From: Actinomycetota bacterium
Lineage (GTDB): Bacteria > Actinomycetota > JAHEXW01
Length of the DNA stretch: 64,000 nt
Direction: 5' to 3'
Assembly: GCA_025355855.1 (NCBI GenBank)
Contig: JANXYU010000032.1
Coordinates: 28,832 to 92,831, forward strand
A program made the position numbers and the translations under genes. Shown in pieces: positions 8,977-18,900 of this stretch (positions are counted from its first letter, which is position 1; each line of letters begins with the position of its first letter). Under the pieces are notes generated by a model that made no database searches, was not told the origin of the DNA, and was given only the letters and a program-made list of their open reading frames with translations.

Positions 8977-11034
8977 TTGAAAGATTACGCCACCAACGCC
9001 ATCCGCAATGTCGCCCTAATTGGACACGGCGCCGCAGGTAAGACAACCCTCATGGAAGCAATGCTGTTCGACTCTAAAACAACGACGCGCATGGGTACGG
9101 TGGAAGCAGGAACGACTGTTTCCGACTTCGAACCCGAGGAAATCAAACGGCAATTCTCGCTAGGCTCGGCGCTAGCGCCGGCGGAACACAGCGGCGCGAA
9201 AATCAACTTGATTGACACTCCCGGATACGCCGACTTCATCGGGGAGGTAATCGGAGCGTTGCGCGCGGTCGACAATGCCTGCTATCTGGTTGAAGCGGTA
9301 CACGGGCTGGGTGTCCAAACCGAGCGCATAGCCGAACTGGTCAAAGCGGCGAAAATGCCGGCCATGGTTGTTATCAACGGCATGGACAGGGAAAACGCCG
9401 ATTTCTTCGCCCGCTTAACGGAGGTTCAAAACAACCTCTACCAGCACGCCACCCCGCTCAGTCTGCCCATCGGAGGCCAAGACGATTTTCGGGGCGTAGT
9501 AGACCTAGTTAAAATGAAGGCGATCATAGGCACAGATGGCGCCGAAAATGACATCCCGGAGGATATGCAAGCTCTAGCCGACGAATACCACGAAAAGATG
9601 GTTGAGCTGACTGTCGAGGTGGACGATACCCTGCTGGAGACGTATTTGGAAAAGGGCGAGGTCGACGAAGCGACCTTACGCAACACATTACACACTAGTA
9701 TAAGCCTGGGCCACTTGGTTCCGGTCCTGGCCACCAGCGCAGCCCGGAATATTGGGGTGCGAACGGCGCTAGACGTCATCGCTACCGCCCTGCCTTCCCC
9801 AGAGCATTGCCCGGACGTGCCGGCAATTGACGCCCAGACCGGCGAAGAAATCATGATTAAGAACAGCGCGGCGGATCCGGCCGCCGCTTTTGTTTTTAAG
9901 ACGGTCAGCGATCCCTACGTTGGCAAGCTGGCCTACGTTAGGGTCATCGCGGGCGTGTTAAAAACCAATTCGACCCTACTGAACTCAAGCAAGAACAAGA
10001 AGGAGCATGTCGGACATCTGTTAAACGTCAAAGGCAAAACACAAGAGGACGCGAAACACGCGGTGGCCGGGGATATCGTCGCGTTGCCTAAACTTGAGTC
10101 CACCTTCACCGGCGACAGCCTCTGCGATGAGAGCCGGCCAGTCAAGTTCGCGGCGCTCAATTTCCCGGAGCCCGTATTCCCGATGGCCATCCACCCGAAA
10201 ACACGGGGCGAAGATGATAAGCTGGCTGTCGCGCTCCACAAAATCATAGATGAAGAGCCCACCTTGCGAATCTCACGCAATCCCGGTACCGGGCAAACGG
10301 TCGCCACCGCGCTTGGGGATATGCAACTGGAGATAATGGCCGAGAAGATCAAGCGCAAGTTCGGCGTGGAAGCCGTTCTGGAACTGCCGAAGGTGCCATA
10401 CCGCGAAACCATCGGGGCCTCTGCGAAAGCCCAGGGCAAATACAAGAAACAGACTGGCGGACACGGGCAATACGGTGATGTCTGGCTGGAGATCGAGCCA
10501 TTGGCGCGGGGCGGCGGGTTTGAGTTCGTAGACAAAATATTCGGCGGATCGATTCCGAAAAACTATATCCCTGCCGTTGAGAAAGGCGTGCGAGAGACAA
10601 TGGCCGAGGGCATAATCGGTGGGTTTCCTGTTGTCGACGTAAAGGTTACAGTCGTTGACGGCTCTTTCCACCCTGTGGATTCGTCCGACATGTCTTTTAA
10701 GATCGCCGCCGCTATGGCCTTCCGCAAGTGTTTGGAAACAGCGCAACCGACCCTGCTTGAGCCGGTCGCCAGCGTGGAAGTGATGGTGCCTGACTCTTAC
10801 ACGGGCGACGTTATCGGCGACCTCAATACAAAACGCGGCCGGATCCTAGGGATGGAACCTTCTGACCACCGCCAGGTGGTAAAGGCCAACGTACCGCTGG
10901 CCGAAATGCGCACCTACGCGTCCGACCTTCGCTCGATAACCCATGGGCAAGGGGCTTACCATCTGGATGTGGCTACATATGAGCAGGTTCCGCCAAATGT
11001 AGCTGATAAGGTCGTTAAGGCCAGCCAGGCTTAA
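8977..11034 (+). CDS. elongation factor G family GTPase (EF-G paralog)
   Basis: 685 aa with the G-domain motif GHGAAGKTTL...DTPGYADF and EF-G domains II-V. It is preceded by AAGGAGG. Confidence 0.85.
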   Translation: MKDYATNAIRNVALIGHGAAGKTTLMEAMLFDSKTTTRMGTVEAGTTVSDFEPEEIKRQFSLGSALAPAEHSGAKINLIDTPGYADFIGEVIGALRAVDNACYLVEAVHGLGVQTERIAELVKAAKMPAMVVINGMDRENADFFARLTEVQNNLYQHATPLSLPIGGQDDFRGVVDLVKMKAIIGTDGAENDIPEDMQALADEYHEKMVELTVEVDDTLLETYLEKGEVDEATLRNTLHTSISLGHLVPVLATSAARNIGVRTALDVIATALPSPEHCPDVPAIDAQTGEEIMIKNSAADPAAAFVFKTVSDPYVGKLAYVRVIAGVLKTNSTLLNSSKNKKEHVGHLLNVKGKTQEDAKHAVAGDIVALPKLESTFTGDSLCDESRPVKFAALNFPEPVFPMAIHPKTRGEDDKLAVALHKIIDEEPTLRISRNPGTGQTVATALGDMQLEIMAEKIKRKFGVEAVLELPKVPYRETIGASAKAQGKYKKQTGGHGQYGDVWLEIEPLARGGGFEFVDKIFGGSIPKNYIPAVEKGVRETMAEGIIGGFPVVDVKVTVVDGSFHPVDSSDMSFKIAAAMAFRKCLETAQPTLLEPVASVEVMVPDSYTGDVIGDLNTKRGRILGMEPSDHRQVVKANVPLAEMRTYASDLRSITHGQGAYHLDVATYEQVPPNVADKVVKASQA

Positions 11035-11984
11035 GAACTAAGCCGGCGGCGCGCCAGCGCGTCAAACCATACGGCATAGCCTTGGCCGATTACCTGATTA
11101 GTCGCGGCTTTACGCACCATGTTCAGCTGACCGTCGGCCGTCTGGGAGAGCCTTAAAATAGAGTCCGCTTCTTGCCTGAGCCCGGCCGAGCTCGCCTGAT
11201 CCAGCATTTCCGCAGCGTCCTTGCTTAGGCTAATAAAAGCTAGCAGGGCACTCCCGTCTTGCGAATAAACGCCGATGTTAGTGAGCTCCTGGTTACCCTG
11301 TGTTAACCAAGTGGCGCTGACATTTACCGACTCTTTGGCAGCCAAGGCTTGTGTCCTTGCGACTTCAAAGTCGCCACCGGCTAAAGCGGCCCGTGATGCT
11401 TCGAGCTGGACCAGCAATTGAGCGTCGGCCTGCAGAGAGAGCGCGAAAAATCCCCAAACGTCATTATCGTGTGTTAATTCCGTCACGTTCTTCTGGCAGG
11501 TGGTGACGCGGCGCGCCGTCGCGCGGTTAGCGGAAATTGCCGCGGAAACGCGAGTCCGGATTGTGTCCGAAAGCGCGCCCGCTTTGGCCTTGTTAAGATC
11601 GGCGAGGTTCGTCTTTAATTCCTTGCCTTTTTTAATTAATGCGGTATTTGTTTCAACGAGGTCTTTGGCCACTGCAATAGCTGCGGGATCACGTCTTTTG
11701 TCAATGCTATAGCCCCGCTGGGCACCCAGATCTTGTTGAATTATGCCGGTTTCGGCGACTTCATTAAATACAAGCGTTTGCCATTTGGCCGGCAACTGCC
11801 CGGCTATGTCGATTGTTTTACCGGCGTCGGCTGACAGCTTGTTTCCGGCAGTAACGAGGCTGATCGCGCGATCGTCACGCAAGCGCAAACCTGGCCCATA
11901 TGATTGATACCAGCCATAGCCCAACAGTCCGATAACCACAATCACTACCAGCCCGCCGGCCCAGACAGGCCATGCTTTCTTCAT
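11031..11984 (-). CDS. hypothetical membrane-anchored protein
   Basis: 317 aa with an N-terminal TM helix and no recognisable domain. It is first gene of an apparent cluster that continues into yvcK-rapZ-mini-MGMT-uvrC. Confidence 0.45.
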   Translation of the reverse strand: MKKAWPVWAGGLVVIVVIGLLGYGWYQSYGPGLRLRDDRAISLVTAGNKLSADAGKTIDIAGQLPAKWQTLVFNEVAETGIIQQDLGAQRGYSIDKRRDPAAIAVAKDLVETNTALIKKGKELKTNLADLNKAKAGALSDTIRTRVSAAISANRATARRVTTCQKNVTELTHDNDVWGFFALSLQADAQLLVQLEASRAALAGGDFEVARTQALAAKESVNVSATWLTQGNQELTNIGVYSQDGSALLAFISLSKDAAEMLDQASSAGLRQEADSILRLSQTADGQLNMVRKAATNQVIGQGYAVWFDALARRRLSS

Positions 11985-12943
11985 TTTGTCCCCTCTCTGA
12001 TGATCAGTTGAAATATTTTCGCTAACTTGGCAACATCATGCAGAAGCGGCTGGTCAAGCGATGCAATGTCGGCTGCCCAAACTTTCAGCCCGGTCGCCTC
12101 CAAGGCGCCTCGATCATAAACGACCCGGCGCGCCACATCTCCGGCGGGTGACGGGGTAGTCTCAGGCAGAGGACCGTCATGAACCAACACCGAATCTATG
12201 ATTCCTGCAGGCGCGTGCGCCAGTAGAGCTTCAACGTAGTCATTGCCGGTCATTCCGGTTGTCTCCGCACGCATGCTCATCGTATTCAAAACAAGAACCT
12301 TCGGGCAATCGGCCGCGACCATCGCCGCGGCCACACCCTTAACCAAAAGGTTGGGAATGATGCTCGTGAACAGGCTTCCGGGACTAATGATAAGGAGATC
12401 GGCAGTTGTTATTGCGGCCTTAGCCGGGGCATATGCCGGAGCGTCGCGCGGTTCCAGATGAACGCGGCGGATACGCTCGGAACGCGCGATTCTAGCCTGG
12501 CCCGCGAGGAAAGAGTCGCTTCCCACGTCGGCAAACAGGTTTACGTCAGCCAGGGTCGACGGCAGGACTGTGCCCTGGCAATCTAGCAAGCGGGCCAGCG
12601 TCCGCAGAGCCGATACAAAGCCGCCTTCGTAGTCCGTCATCCCGGCAATAACCAGGTTTCCCAAGCTGTGCTCGGCCAAGGTGCGCCCCATGGGAAAACG
12701 GTACTGGAGTAAGTGAACCAGCTCCGAATTCGGATTCGCAGCGAGAGCGACCAGACAATTCCTAATGTCGCCCGGCGGCAAGATACCCAATTCTTCCCTC
12801 AGCTTGCCGGAGCTGCCTCCATCGTCAGCCATCGTGACAATGGCGGTTGGTCGTAAGGACGCCTTCTTTAGGGCGCGGAGGACAATAGGCAGACCGGTGC
12901 CGCCGCCAATGGCGACAACGCGGGTTGCAGCGGTTTCCGTCAT
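11981..12943 (-). CDS. yvcK: gluconeogenesis factor YvcK (CofD/UPF0052 family)
   Basis: VVAIGGGTGLPIVLRALK plus the remaining UPF0052 motifs. It sits next to rapZ as in Firmicutes. Confidence 0.85.
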   Translation of the reverse strand: MTETAATRVVAIGGGTGLPIVLRALKKASLRPTAIVTMADDGGSSGKLREELGILPPGDIRNCLVALAANPNSELVHLLQYRFPMGRTLAEHSLGNLVIAGMTDYEGGFVSALRTLARLLDCQGTVLPSTLADVNLFADVGSDSFLAGQARIARSERIRRVHLEPRDAPAYAPAKAAITTADLLIISPGSLFTSIIPNLLVKGVAAAMVAADCPKVLVLNTMSMRAETTGMTGNDYVEALLAHAPAGIIDSVLVHDGPLPETTPSPAGDVARRVVYDRGALEATGLKVWAADIASLDQPLLHDVAKLAKIFQLIIREGTK

Positions 12944-13845
12944 TTGTGTCCTTCGTAGGCCTGGCTGTCGCGATCGACATCGCGGTGACGCAATATTACG
13001 TTGTAGTTTTTGGCTTGCAGGAAAGCGAATACCTCTTCCGCCAGCGCGACGGAACGGTGGCGTCCGCCGGTACAGCCGAGCGCGATCGTGAAATGCGTCT
13101 TACCTTCCCGCGCGTAGTTAGGCAGTAAGAACGTCAATAGACTCTCTGTCTTTTTCAAAAAAGTCACAGTCGCTGGCCGCTCAAGAACGAAGCGTTTAAC
13201 CTTCTTGTTCTGTCCGGTTAAGGAACGTAGCGAGTCAACATAATAAGGATTCGGCAGGAATCTGACATCCAAGATAATATCGGCGTCCATCGGGAGCCCG
13301 TATTTGTAGCCGAAAGACATCACGGTAATAGCCAAAGAGGTTGTAAAAACACCCGGGCGAAAGCCGGCCGCCACCTTCTGCTTAAGGTCCTGCCCGCTAA
13401 GATCGGTTGTGTCGATGACGATGTCGGCCGCCGCTTTGATGTCCTCGAGCAACGCTCGCTCGCGATCAACGCCTTCCATAATGTCGCCGCCTTTGGCCAA
13501 CGGATGGCGCCGCCGCGTTTCTTTGAAACGCTTAACGATCGTGGGTGTGTCCGCGTCCAAAAACATTATCCGGTACTCGACCTGGCTCGTCTTTAGTTCA
13601 CGCAGGGACTCCCAGAGCGCGTCGAAGAAATGACCGCCCCGGACATCAGTGGCCAGAGCCACCTTGTTTTTCGGGCTCCCTGGTGTGGCCACCAGCTCGG
13701 CAACCTTCGGAATTAGCGCAGGCGGAAGATTATCGATGCAAAAATAACCCAGATCTTCGAAAGCATGCAGGGCTTCTGTTCGGCCGGCTCCCGACAGACC
13801 GGTGATAATAACGAATTCTACCTTGCCCGTTTTAGACTGCGTCAT
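12940..13845 (-). CDS. rapZ: RNase adapter protein RapZ (YvcJ)
   Basis: 301 aa with the P-loop VIITGLSGAGRTEA and the RapZ C-terminal domain. Confidence 0.9.
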   Translation of the reverse strand: MTQSKTGKVEFVIITGLSGAGRTEALHAFEDLGYFCIDNLPPALIPKVAELVATPGSPKNKVALATDVRGGHFFDALWESLRELKTSQVEYRIMFLDADTPTIVKRFKETRRRHPLAKGGDIMEGVDRERALLEDIKAAADIVIDTTDLSGQDLKQKVAAGFRPGVFTTSLAITVMSFGYKYGLPMDADIILDVRFLPNPYYVDSLRSLTGQNKKVKRFVLERPATVTFLKKTESLLTFLLPNYAREGKTHFTIALGCTGGRHRSVALAEEVFAFLQAKNYNVILRHRDVDRDSQAYEGHK

Positions 13846-14117
13846 ACCGGTGCCCTTGTTTTTGCCTCTTCGGTCAACATCTGACGTTTCCGTTCAGTTC
13901 CATGGGCAAACCCGCCGAGACCGCCGTCGGATCGAATAACACGATGACATGGCACTTCAGGGGCAAATGGATTCCTATGCAGGGCGTTACCAACCGCGCG
14001 CGCTGCGTTCGGCCGGCCGACAGCTCGGGCGACCCAGGCGTAAGAACGTGTTTCACCGGGCGGTATAGTTCGAACGACGTCATAGACGGCCATCTCGAAT
14101 TCCGTTGGTTGATTCAT
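13842..14117 (-). CDS. MGMT-family DNA-binding domain protein (stand-alone methyltransferase C-domain with PCHRV)
   Basis: The Ogt C-domain signature is present (YAWVARAVGRPNAARAVGNALHRNP...PCHRVIRSDGGLGGF). The start was taken as the internal ATG (MNQPTEF) so the ORF no longer overlaps uvrC. The start is uncertain. Confidence 0.65.
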   Translation of the reverse strand: MNQPTEFEMAVYDVVRTIPPGETRSYAWVARAVGRPNAARAVGNALHRNPFAPEVPCHRVIRSDGGLGGFAHGTERKRQMLTEEAKTRAPV

Positions 14118-14154
14118 AAGGTAATAATAACAGTCCTCCCGGACAGGCGCGAAA

Positions 14155-15996
14155 TCAAGGATGTAGGGTCTGGTAGATGGTCTCTGCCAACGCCGTGGAC
14201 ACACCGGGCACCTTGGCTAATTCCTTGACCGACGCCGCGTGGACACCAGCCGGACTGCCGAATTCCTTCAGTAAAGCCTTCTTTTTGACAGCGCCAATGC
14301 CGGGTATGGCGTCAAACGCCGAGACAAGCATAGCGCGGCCGCGTAATCCCCGGTGGTAGGTAATCGCGAAGCGGTGCGCTTCGTCCCTGATATGACAAAT
14401 AACGTTTAGAGACGCGGCGTTGCGCGGCAGGCGCAAGGGCTCATCCCGGCCCGCGGCGAAAAGCTCTTCTTCGCGTTTGGCCAGCGCGAACGTCGGAATA
14501 TCAAGCAACATGAGGGTTGACTCAGCCGCCAGGGCGGCCGAGAGTTGAGGTTTTCCGCCGTCGACGATTATCAGATCCGGCCGGCTGGCGAATTTGTTGC
14601 CGGGTTCGTCAACGCCAATATGCCGCAAGCGTCTCTCTAAGACTTCGACCATCGACGAAAAGTCGTCTTGGCCGAGCACCCACTTAATGCGAAAACGGCG
14701 GTACTCGCTCTTGCGCGGTTTGCCGTTTTCAAAGACGACCATACTAGCGACGGTTTCCGTACCCTGCAGTGTTGAAATATCAAAACACTCGACGCGGCGC
14801 GGAATCTCACTTAGTCCCAGGTCCTTCTTTAGTTCTCCCATTAGCCAGGTCGCACGCTCTTCCCCGCCGCGGCCGCGGATGCGGTATTGTTCGAACGCGT
14901 ACTTGGCGTTGGCGTTGGCCAGGCGCACCAGCTCTTTCTTTTCGCCCCGCTGCGGCACGATCAAGGCGACTTTGCGGCCGCGCCGAGTACTCAGCCAGTT
15001 GGCGATTAAGTCGGCCTCCCCGACCGCTTCCGGCAGAATAATCTCGGCCGGCAAACGCGTCGTCTCGGAATAGTATCTCTCCAGAACAGCGCCCAGGACG
15101 TCCTCTTCGACCTGCTCAGACGCGAACGCGTAGCCCCGGCTGCCGACCATTTTGCCGCCGCGCACGAACAGTATTCTGGCATAGATCGTGCCGTCCCCCT
15201 CCGCGATACCGACGATATCGCGATCCGTTTTATCCCGGCTTATGACTTTCTGGCCTTCCATGAGATATTCAACGGCCTCGATCTTATCGCGCAGCCGGGC
15301 CGCGCGCTCAAAGTGCAGATCGGCGCTAGCCTCTTTCATCCTCGCCTTGAGATCCTTGATTATCGATGCGTCGCGTCCTTCCAGGAAAGCGATGACCTTC
15401 TTGATCACGTCGCCGTAGGATGCAACGTCGGCCGGCGCACTGCCCGGGTTCAATGCCCACTTAACGTGATAATCCAGAAACGGTCGGGAGCGGCCCGTGG
15501 CTCGCTGCCGCGCGTACGTTCGAATCGGATATACGCTGCGCAATAGATCAAGAGTCATTCTAAGTGCTGTCACGTTTGTATACGGGCCGAAGTAAAGCGT
15601 GCCGCGCCGGTGCAGCTCGCGGGTGACAAACACTCGCGGGAACTCCTCTTCCGCGGTTATCGCTAGGTAAGGATAACTCTTGTCATCGCGGAGGTCGGTA
15701 TTGAAGGGCGGGTCGTGCTTTTTGATAAGCACTTTTTCTAATACCAGGGCGTCGACTTCGGAGGCGGTGACAATGAAGTCGAACGACTCGATCTTGTCCA
15801 TCATTAGTTCGATCTTTGGCCGATCGTGATGCCTCTGCCGGAAGTATGAAGAGACACGTCGGCGCAACTCTCGCGCCTTCCCGACATATAGAACCCGGCC
15901 CGTTCTGTCCTTAAAAAGGTAACAGCCCGGCAGGAGCGGTAAGTTCCTTAATTCCTCTCCAAATGTGTGCTTAGCTATGTGGCCCACCGCCTCCAA
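14155..15996 (-). CDS. uvrC: excinuclease ABC subunit UvrC
   Basis: 613 aa with a GIY-YIG N-terminus (CYLFKDRTGRVLYVGKA), an RNase H-like endonuclease domain and a C-terminal HhH. Confidence 0.95.
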   Translation of the reverse strand: MEAVGHIAKHTFGEELRNLPLLPGCYLFKDRTGRVLYVGKARELRRRVSSYFRQRHHDRPKIELMMDKIESFDFIVTASEVDALVLEKVLIKKHDPPFNTDLRDDKSYPYLAITAEEEFPRVFVTRELHRRGTLYFGPYTNVTALRMTLDLLRSVYPIRTYARQRATGRSRPFLDYHVKWALNPGSAPADVASYGDVIKKVIAFLEGRDASIIKDLKARMKEASADLHFERAARLRDKIEAVEYLMEGQKVISRDKTDRDIVGIAEGDGTIYARILFVRGGKMVGSRGYAFASEQVEEDVLGAVLERYYSETTRLPAEIILPEAVGEADLIANWLSTRRGRKVALIVPQRGEKKELVRLANANAKYAFEQYRIRGRGGEERATWLMGELKKDLGLSEIPRRVECFDISTLQGTETVASMVVFENGKPRKSEYRRFRIKWVLGQDDFSSMVEVLERRLRHIGVDEPGNKFASRPDLIIVDGGKPQLSAALAAESTLMLLDIPTFALAKREEELFAAGRDEPLRLPRNAASLNVICHIRDEAHRFAITYHRGLRGRAMLVSAFDAIPGIGAVKKKALLKEFGSPAGVHAASVKELAKVPGVSTALAETIYQTLHP

Positions 15997-16067
15997 AACA
16001 AAGCTGAAACGCTATACGTCATCGCGAGGAGCTTGGTATTTACGTGACCGAGCAACCTCCCAGGCAT

Positions 16068-16298
16068 CTAAAGGTCGTCCCTCAGCTTAATGTTGAACGT
16101 CTTCAGACGGCCGGTTTGGCCCCGAACGAGAACAACGTCCGCCTGGGCGACGTTGAAATACTTAGCCAACATCTTGATTACGGCTCGGTTGGCTTGGCCG
16201 TCCGCCGGCGCCGCTGTGACATAAACCCGCCAGATGCCGCGGTTTTCGAGTATGCGATTTTGGGCCGCCCTAGGGATGACCTTGGCTTCAATAAGCAT
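16068..16298 (-). CDS. DUF167 (YggU) family protein
   Basis: KVIPRAAQNRI...GQANRAVIKMLAKYFNV...VRGQTGRLKTFNI matches UPF0235. The start is taken as the internal ATG. Confidence 0.6.
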   Translation of the reverse strand: MLIEAKVIPRAAQNRILENRGIWRVYVTAAPADGQANRAVIKMLAKYFNVAQADVVLVRGQTGRLKTFNIKLRDDL

Positions 16299-16312
16299 GC
16301 TATCATTATATA

Positions 16313-17644
16313 ATGCTAAAGCCCGAGAACGATAACGGCAACAATACAAATAACCTGAACGCTAACGTCATGGAAGCTGACGTCACCAGTCCGGCCGCTT
16401 CTCTGGTCAAACGCGGCTTCCAGCCGCGCGGGGTCTTCGCTTCTCTAGCTCACAAGAACTTTGTCTTCTTTCTCAGCGGCGCCGTTTTATCAAACATCGG
16501 TACCTGGGTACAGACCGTTGCGTTAGGCTGGCTGGTTCTGGAGATGACTAAATCCGCGTTCTATGTCGGCCTGGTCAACTTCGCGGGCAGCGTCCCCGTA
16601 ACGGCGCTGGTGCTGTTTGCCGGCGTCGCGGCCGACCGGCTCGATCGGAAGAAACTTATCATTGGCACCCAAATCGTCATGCTGGTGCTGGCCTTGGCCC
16701 TGGCTTATCTGACGCAGATCAAAGCGGTCAATATCCCGAATATCATCGCCATTAGCCTAGGATTCGGCTTGATGACCGCCATTATGTTTCCGACCTGGCA
16801 AGCTTATCTTTCCGACATCGTGCCCCGAAAAGATTTGATGAACGCTATTGCTTTGAACAGCGCCCAGTTTCACATGGCGCGCCTGGTCGGCCCGGCGCTC
16901 GCCGGCTTGATCCTAGCGGCCTATGGCGCCGCGGCGAACTTCTATGTGAATGCCGTCAGCTTTCTGTTTGTGATTCTGGCGCTTGCCGCTGTCAAGACAG
17001 CACCGCGAGAGAAGATTCGCGAGTTCCGCGTCATGGCTCATCTTAAGGAGGGTTTCGCTTACGTTAACGAGAAGCCGGTTCTAAAGGCGTTGCTGATCTC
17101 AACCGGTCTAGTCACATTATTTGGCATGCCGTACGCGACATTGATGCCTGTCCTCGCCAAAAACGTCTTACACCTCGGTGCCAGCGGATTTGGCTTCATG
17201 ATGGCTTTCAATGGCATGGGGGCGTTGGTCGGAGCGCTCTTGGTCGGCGGGATGGCGAATACGGTTAAAAGGGAGACGCTGATTCGGGCCGGGGCTATCA
17301 CATTCGGCGCCGGGTTAGTCTCGCTGGGTTTCGTGCATACTGTGTGGCTGGCGGCTCCGGTGCTTGTTCTCTGCGGCGGGGCATTCCTGGTCACCAGTTC
17401 GGCCATCAATACGTCGTTGCAGGCGCTAACGCCCGGCCGCCTGCGGGGTCGGATCATGAGCATGTACGTCCTGATGTTTATGGGCATTATGCCTTTCTCG
17501 GGTTTGATTTTCGGTGCGGTCGCGGAGTTTACCGGCGTTGATATCGCTATTGCCATCGGCGGTGCCATCACCGTAATCACCGGTTTGGTGCTGACTTTGC
17601 GCCGGTCGCTCATCGACCAGTCCGAATCAACGCTGGCCGCCTAG
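16313..17644 (+). CDS. MFS transporter
   Basis: 443 aa with 12 predicted TM helices and the MFS motif GVAADRLDRKK. Confidence 0.8.
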   Translation: MLKPENDNGNNTNNLNANVMEADVTSPAASLVKRGFQPRGVFASLAHKNFVFFLSGAVLSNIGTWVQTVALGWLVLEMTKSAFYVGLVNFAGSVPVTALVLFAGVAADRLDRKKLIIGTQIVMLVLALALAYLTQIKAVNIPNIIAISLGFGLMTAIMFPTWQAYLSDIVPRKDLMNAIALNSAQFHMARLVGPALAGLILAAYGAAANFYVNAVSFLFVILALAAVKTAPREKIREFRVMAHLKEGFAYVNEKPVLKALLISTGLVTLFGMPYATLMPVLAKNVLHLGASGFGFMMAFNGMGALVGALLVGGMANTVKRETLIRAGAITFGAGLVSLGFVHTVWLAAPVLVLCGGAFLVTSSAINTSLQALTPGRLRGRIMSMYVLMFMGIMPFSGLIFGAVAEFTGVDIAIAIGGAITVITGLVLTLRRSLIDQSESTLAA

Positions 17645-18900
17645 CCGACCGCCGGCGCGAATAATTGCCAAAACATGGCGAGCGATAATCCAAACATCGC
17701 AGTGACTGTAGCCCAACCGACCACGTTGGCCCAAACACTGTTCGTATGCCGCCCCATAATAGCCTTATTGTTGCTCGTAAGAATAAGAAAGACCAGAAGA
17801 ACCGGTGTAAGCACTCCCTGCAGAACCTGAGAATAGAACAGCATCGCCATCGGCCGGATGCCCACCAGACTGAGAAGCGCTCCGATTGCTAACGATAGCC
17901 CGATCACCAGGTAGAAACCTCTCGCTTTTGATAACTTGTCACTCATGCCCTCATTCCATTTGAGCGTATCGCGAACAACGTAAGCGGTTGTCAGAGCGAG
18001 AACCGGCACTGCCACAATGCCGGAGCCAAGTATTCCTATGCTGAATAACAGATAGCTCAGTTTGCCGGCCAGCGGTTTGAGGGCTATGGCGATGTCCGCG
18101 GCCGACCAAGTGTTCACGTTCAAACCGACATGCCCGTAGAGAACGATGCCTCCAGCCAAGATGATGAAATAGAAAACAACGGAGGCGAATATCATGCCGA
18201 ACCGCACACCCCAGGCCTCATCTTTTAGGTCGTCAACCGTTTTGTTCTCCTCTATCTCTTCATTGGTTTGCCAAAACAGCAAATAGGCGGAGATGGTCGT
18301 GCCGAACAGCGCAACAGCGGCGCTTAGAAACGTCGCGTTGAGTTTGATAGAGGGAATAATGGTCGCGGTAGCGATAACCGCCCAATCAGGTTTAGTCAGC
18401 AAGACGTTGATGATGTAAACGAGCAAAATCGGCGAGATCATAAACAGAACCCGGGACACTAGGGCGTAGCCCCCGCGAACCAGAATCACCAAGATGATTA
18501 GCGCTATGGGTGCAAGCCACCAGAGAAAGTTTATGCCTGTAAAAAGCTCGATGACCGCCGCCATGCCCGCCATGTCGGCGCCGAGCGTCGCTGTGTTGCA
18601 GATGACAACCACAACCATCGCCAGCCACGCCCAACCCCGGCCAAAATGTTCCTCGATGACCAGGTTCAGGCCCTTCTTTGTGATAACGCCGACGCGGGCC
18701 GACATCTCCTCGACCACAATCAGCATCGGCAGAGTCAAGAAAATCAGCCATAGCTGGCTAAAACGAGTTAAGGCGCCGACCTGGATATAAGTAACAATAC
18801 CGGAAGGGTCGTCATCGGCGGCGCCGGTAATGACGCCGTCCTTGGTTAGGACAAAATAGTCCCTGATGTGCCGCCGTTTTTTATGTTGGTGTCTCGGCAC
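17641..18900 (-). CDS. mntH: Nramp family divalent metal transporter (MntH-like)
   Basis: 419 aa with the Nramp signatures DDPSGI and MxxxxMG. Confidence 0.85.
   Translation of the reverse strand: MPRHQHKKRRHIRDYFVLTKDGVITGAADDDPSGIVTYIQVGALTRFSQLWLIFLTLPMLIVVEEMSARVGVITKKGLNLVIEEHFGRGWAWLAMVVVVICNTATLGADMAGMAAVIELFTGINFLWWLAPIALIILVILVRGGYALVSRVLFMISPILLVYIINVLLTKPDWAVIATATIIPSIKLNATFLSAAVALFGTTISAYLLFWQTNEEIEENKTVDDLKDEAWGVRFGMIFASVVFYFIILAGGIVLYGHVGLNVNTWSAADIAIALKPLAGKLSYLLFSIGILGSGIVAVPVLALTTAYVVRDTLKWNEGMSDKLSKARGFYLVIGLSLAIGALLSLVGIRPMAMLFYSQVLQGVLTPVLLVFLILTSNNKAIMGRHTNSVWANVVGWATVTAMFGLSLAMFWQLFAPAVG

Noticed and set aside
9933-10746. Minus-strand ORFs of 200, 157 and 83 aa inside the EF-G gene
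   Set aside because: They are antisense to a conserved gene and low-complexity in composition (Ser/Arg/Pro-rich), as is typical of GC-rich antisense frames.
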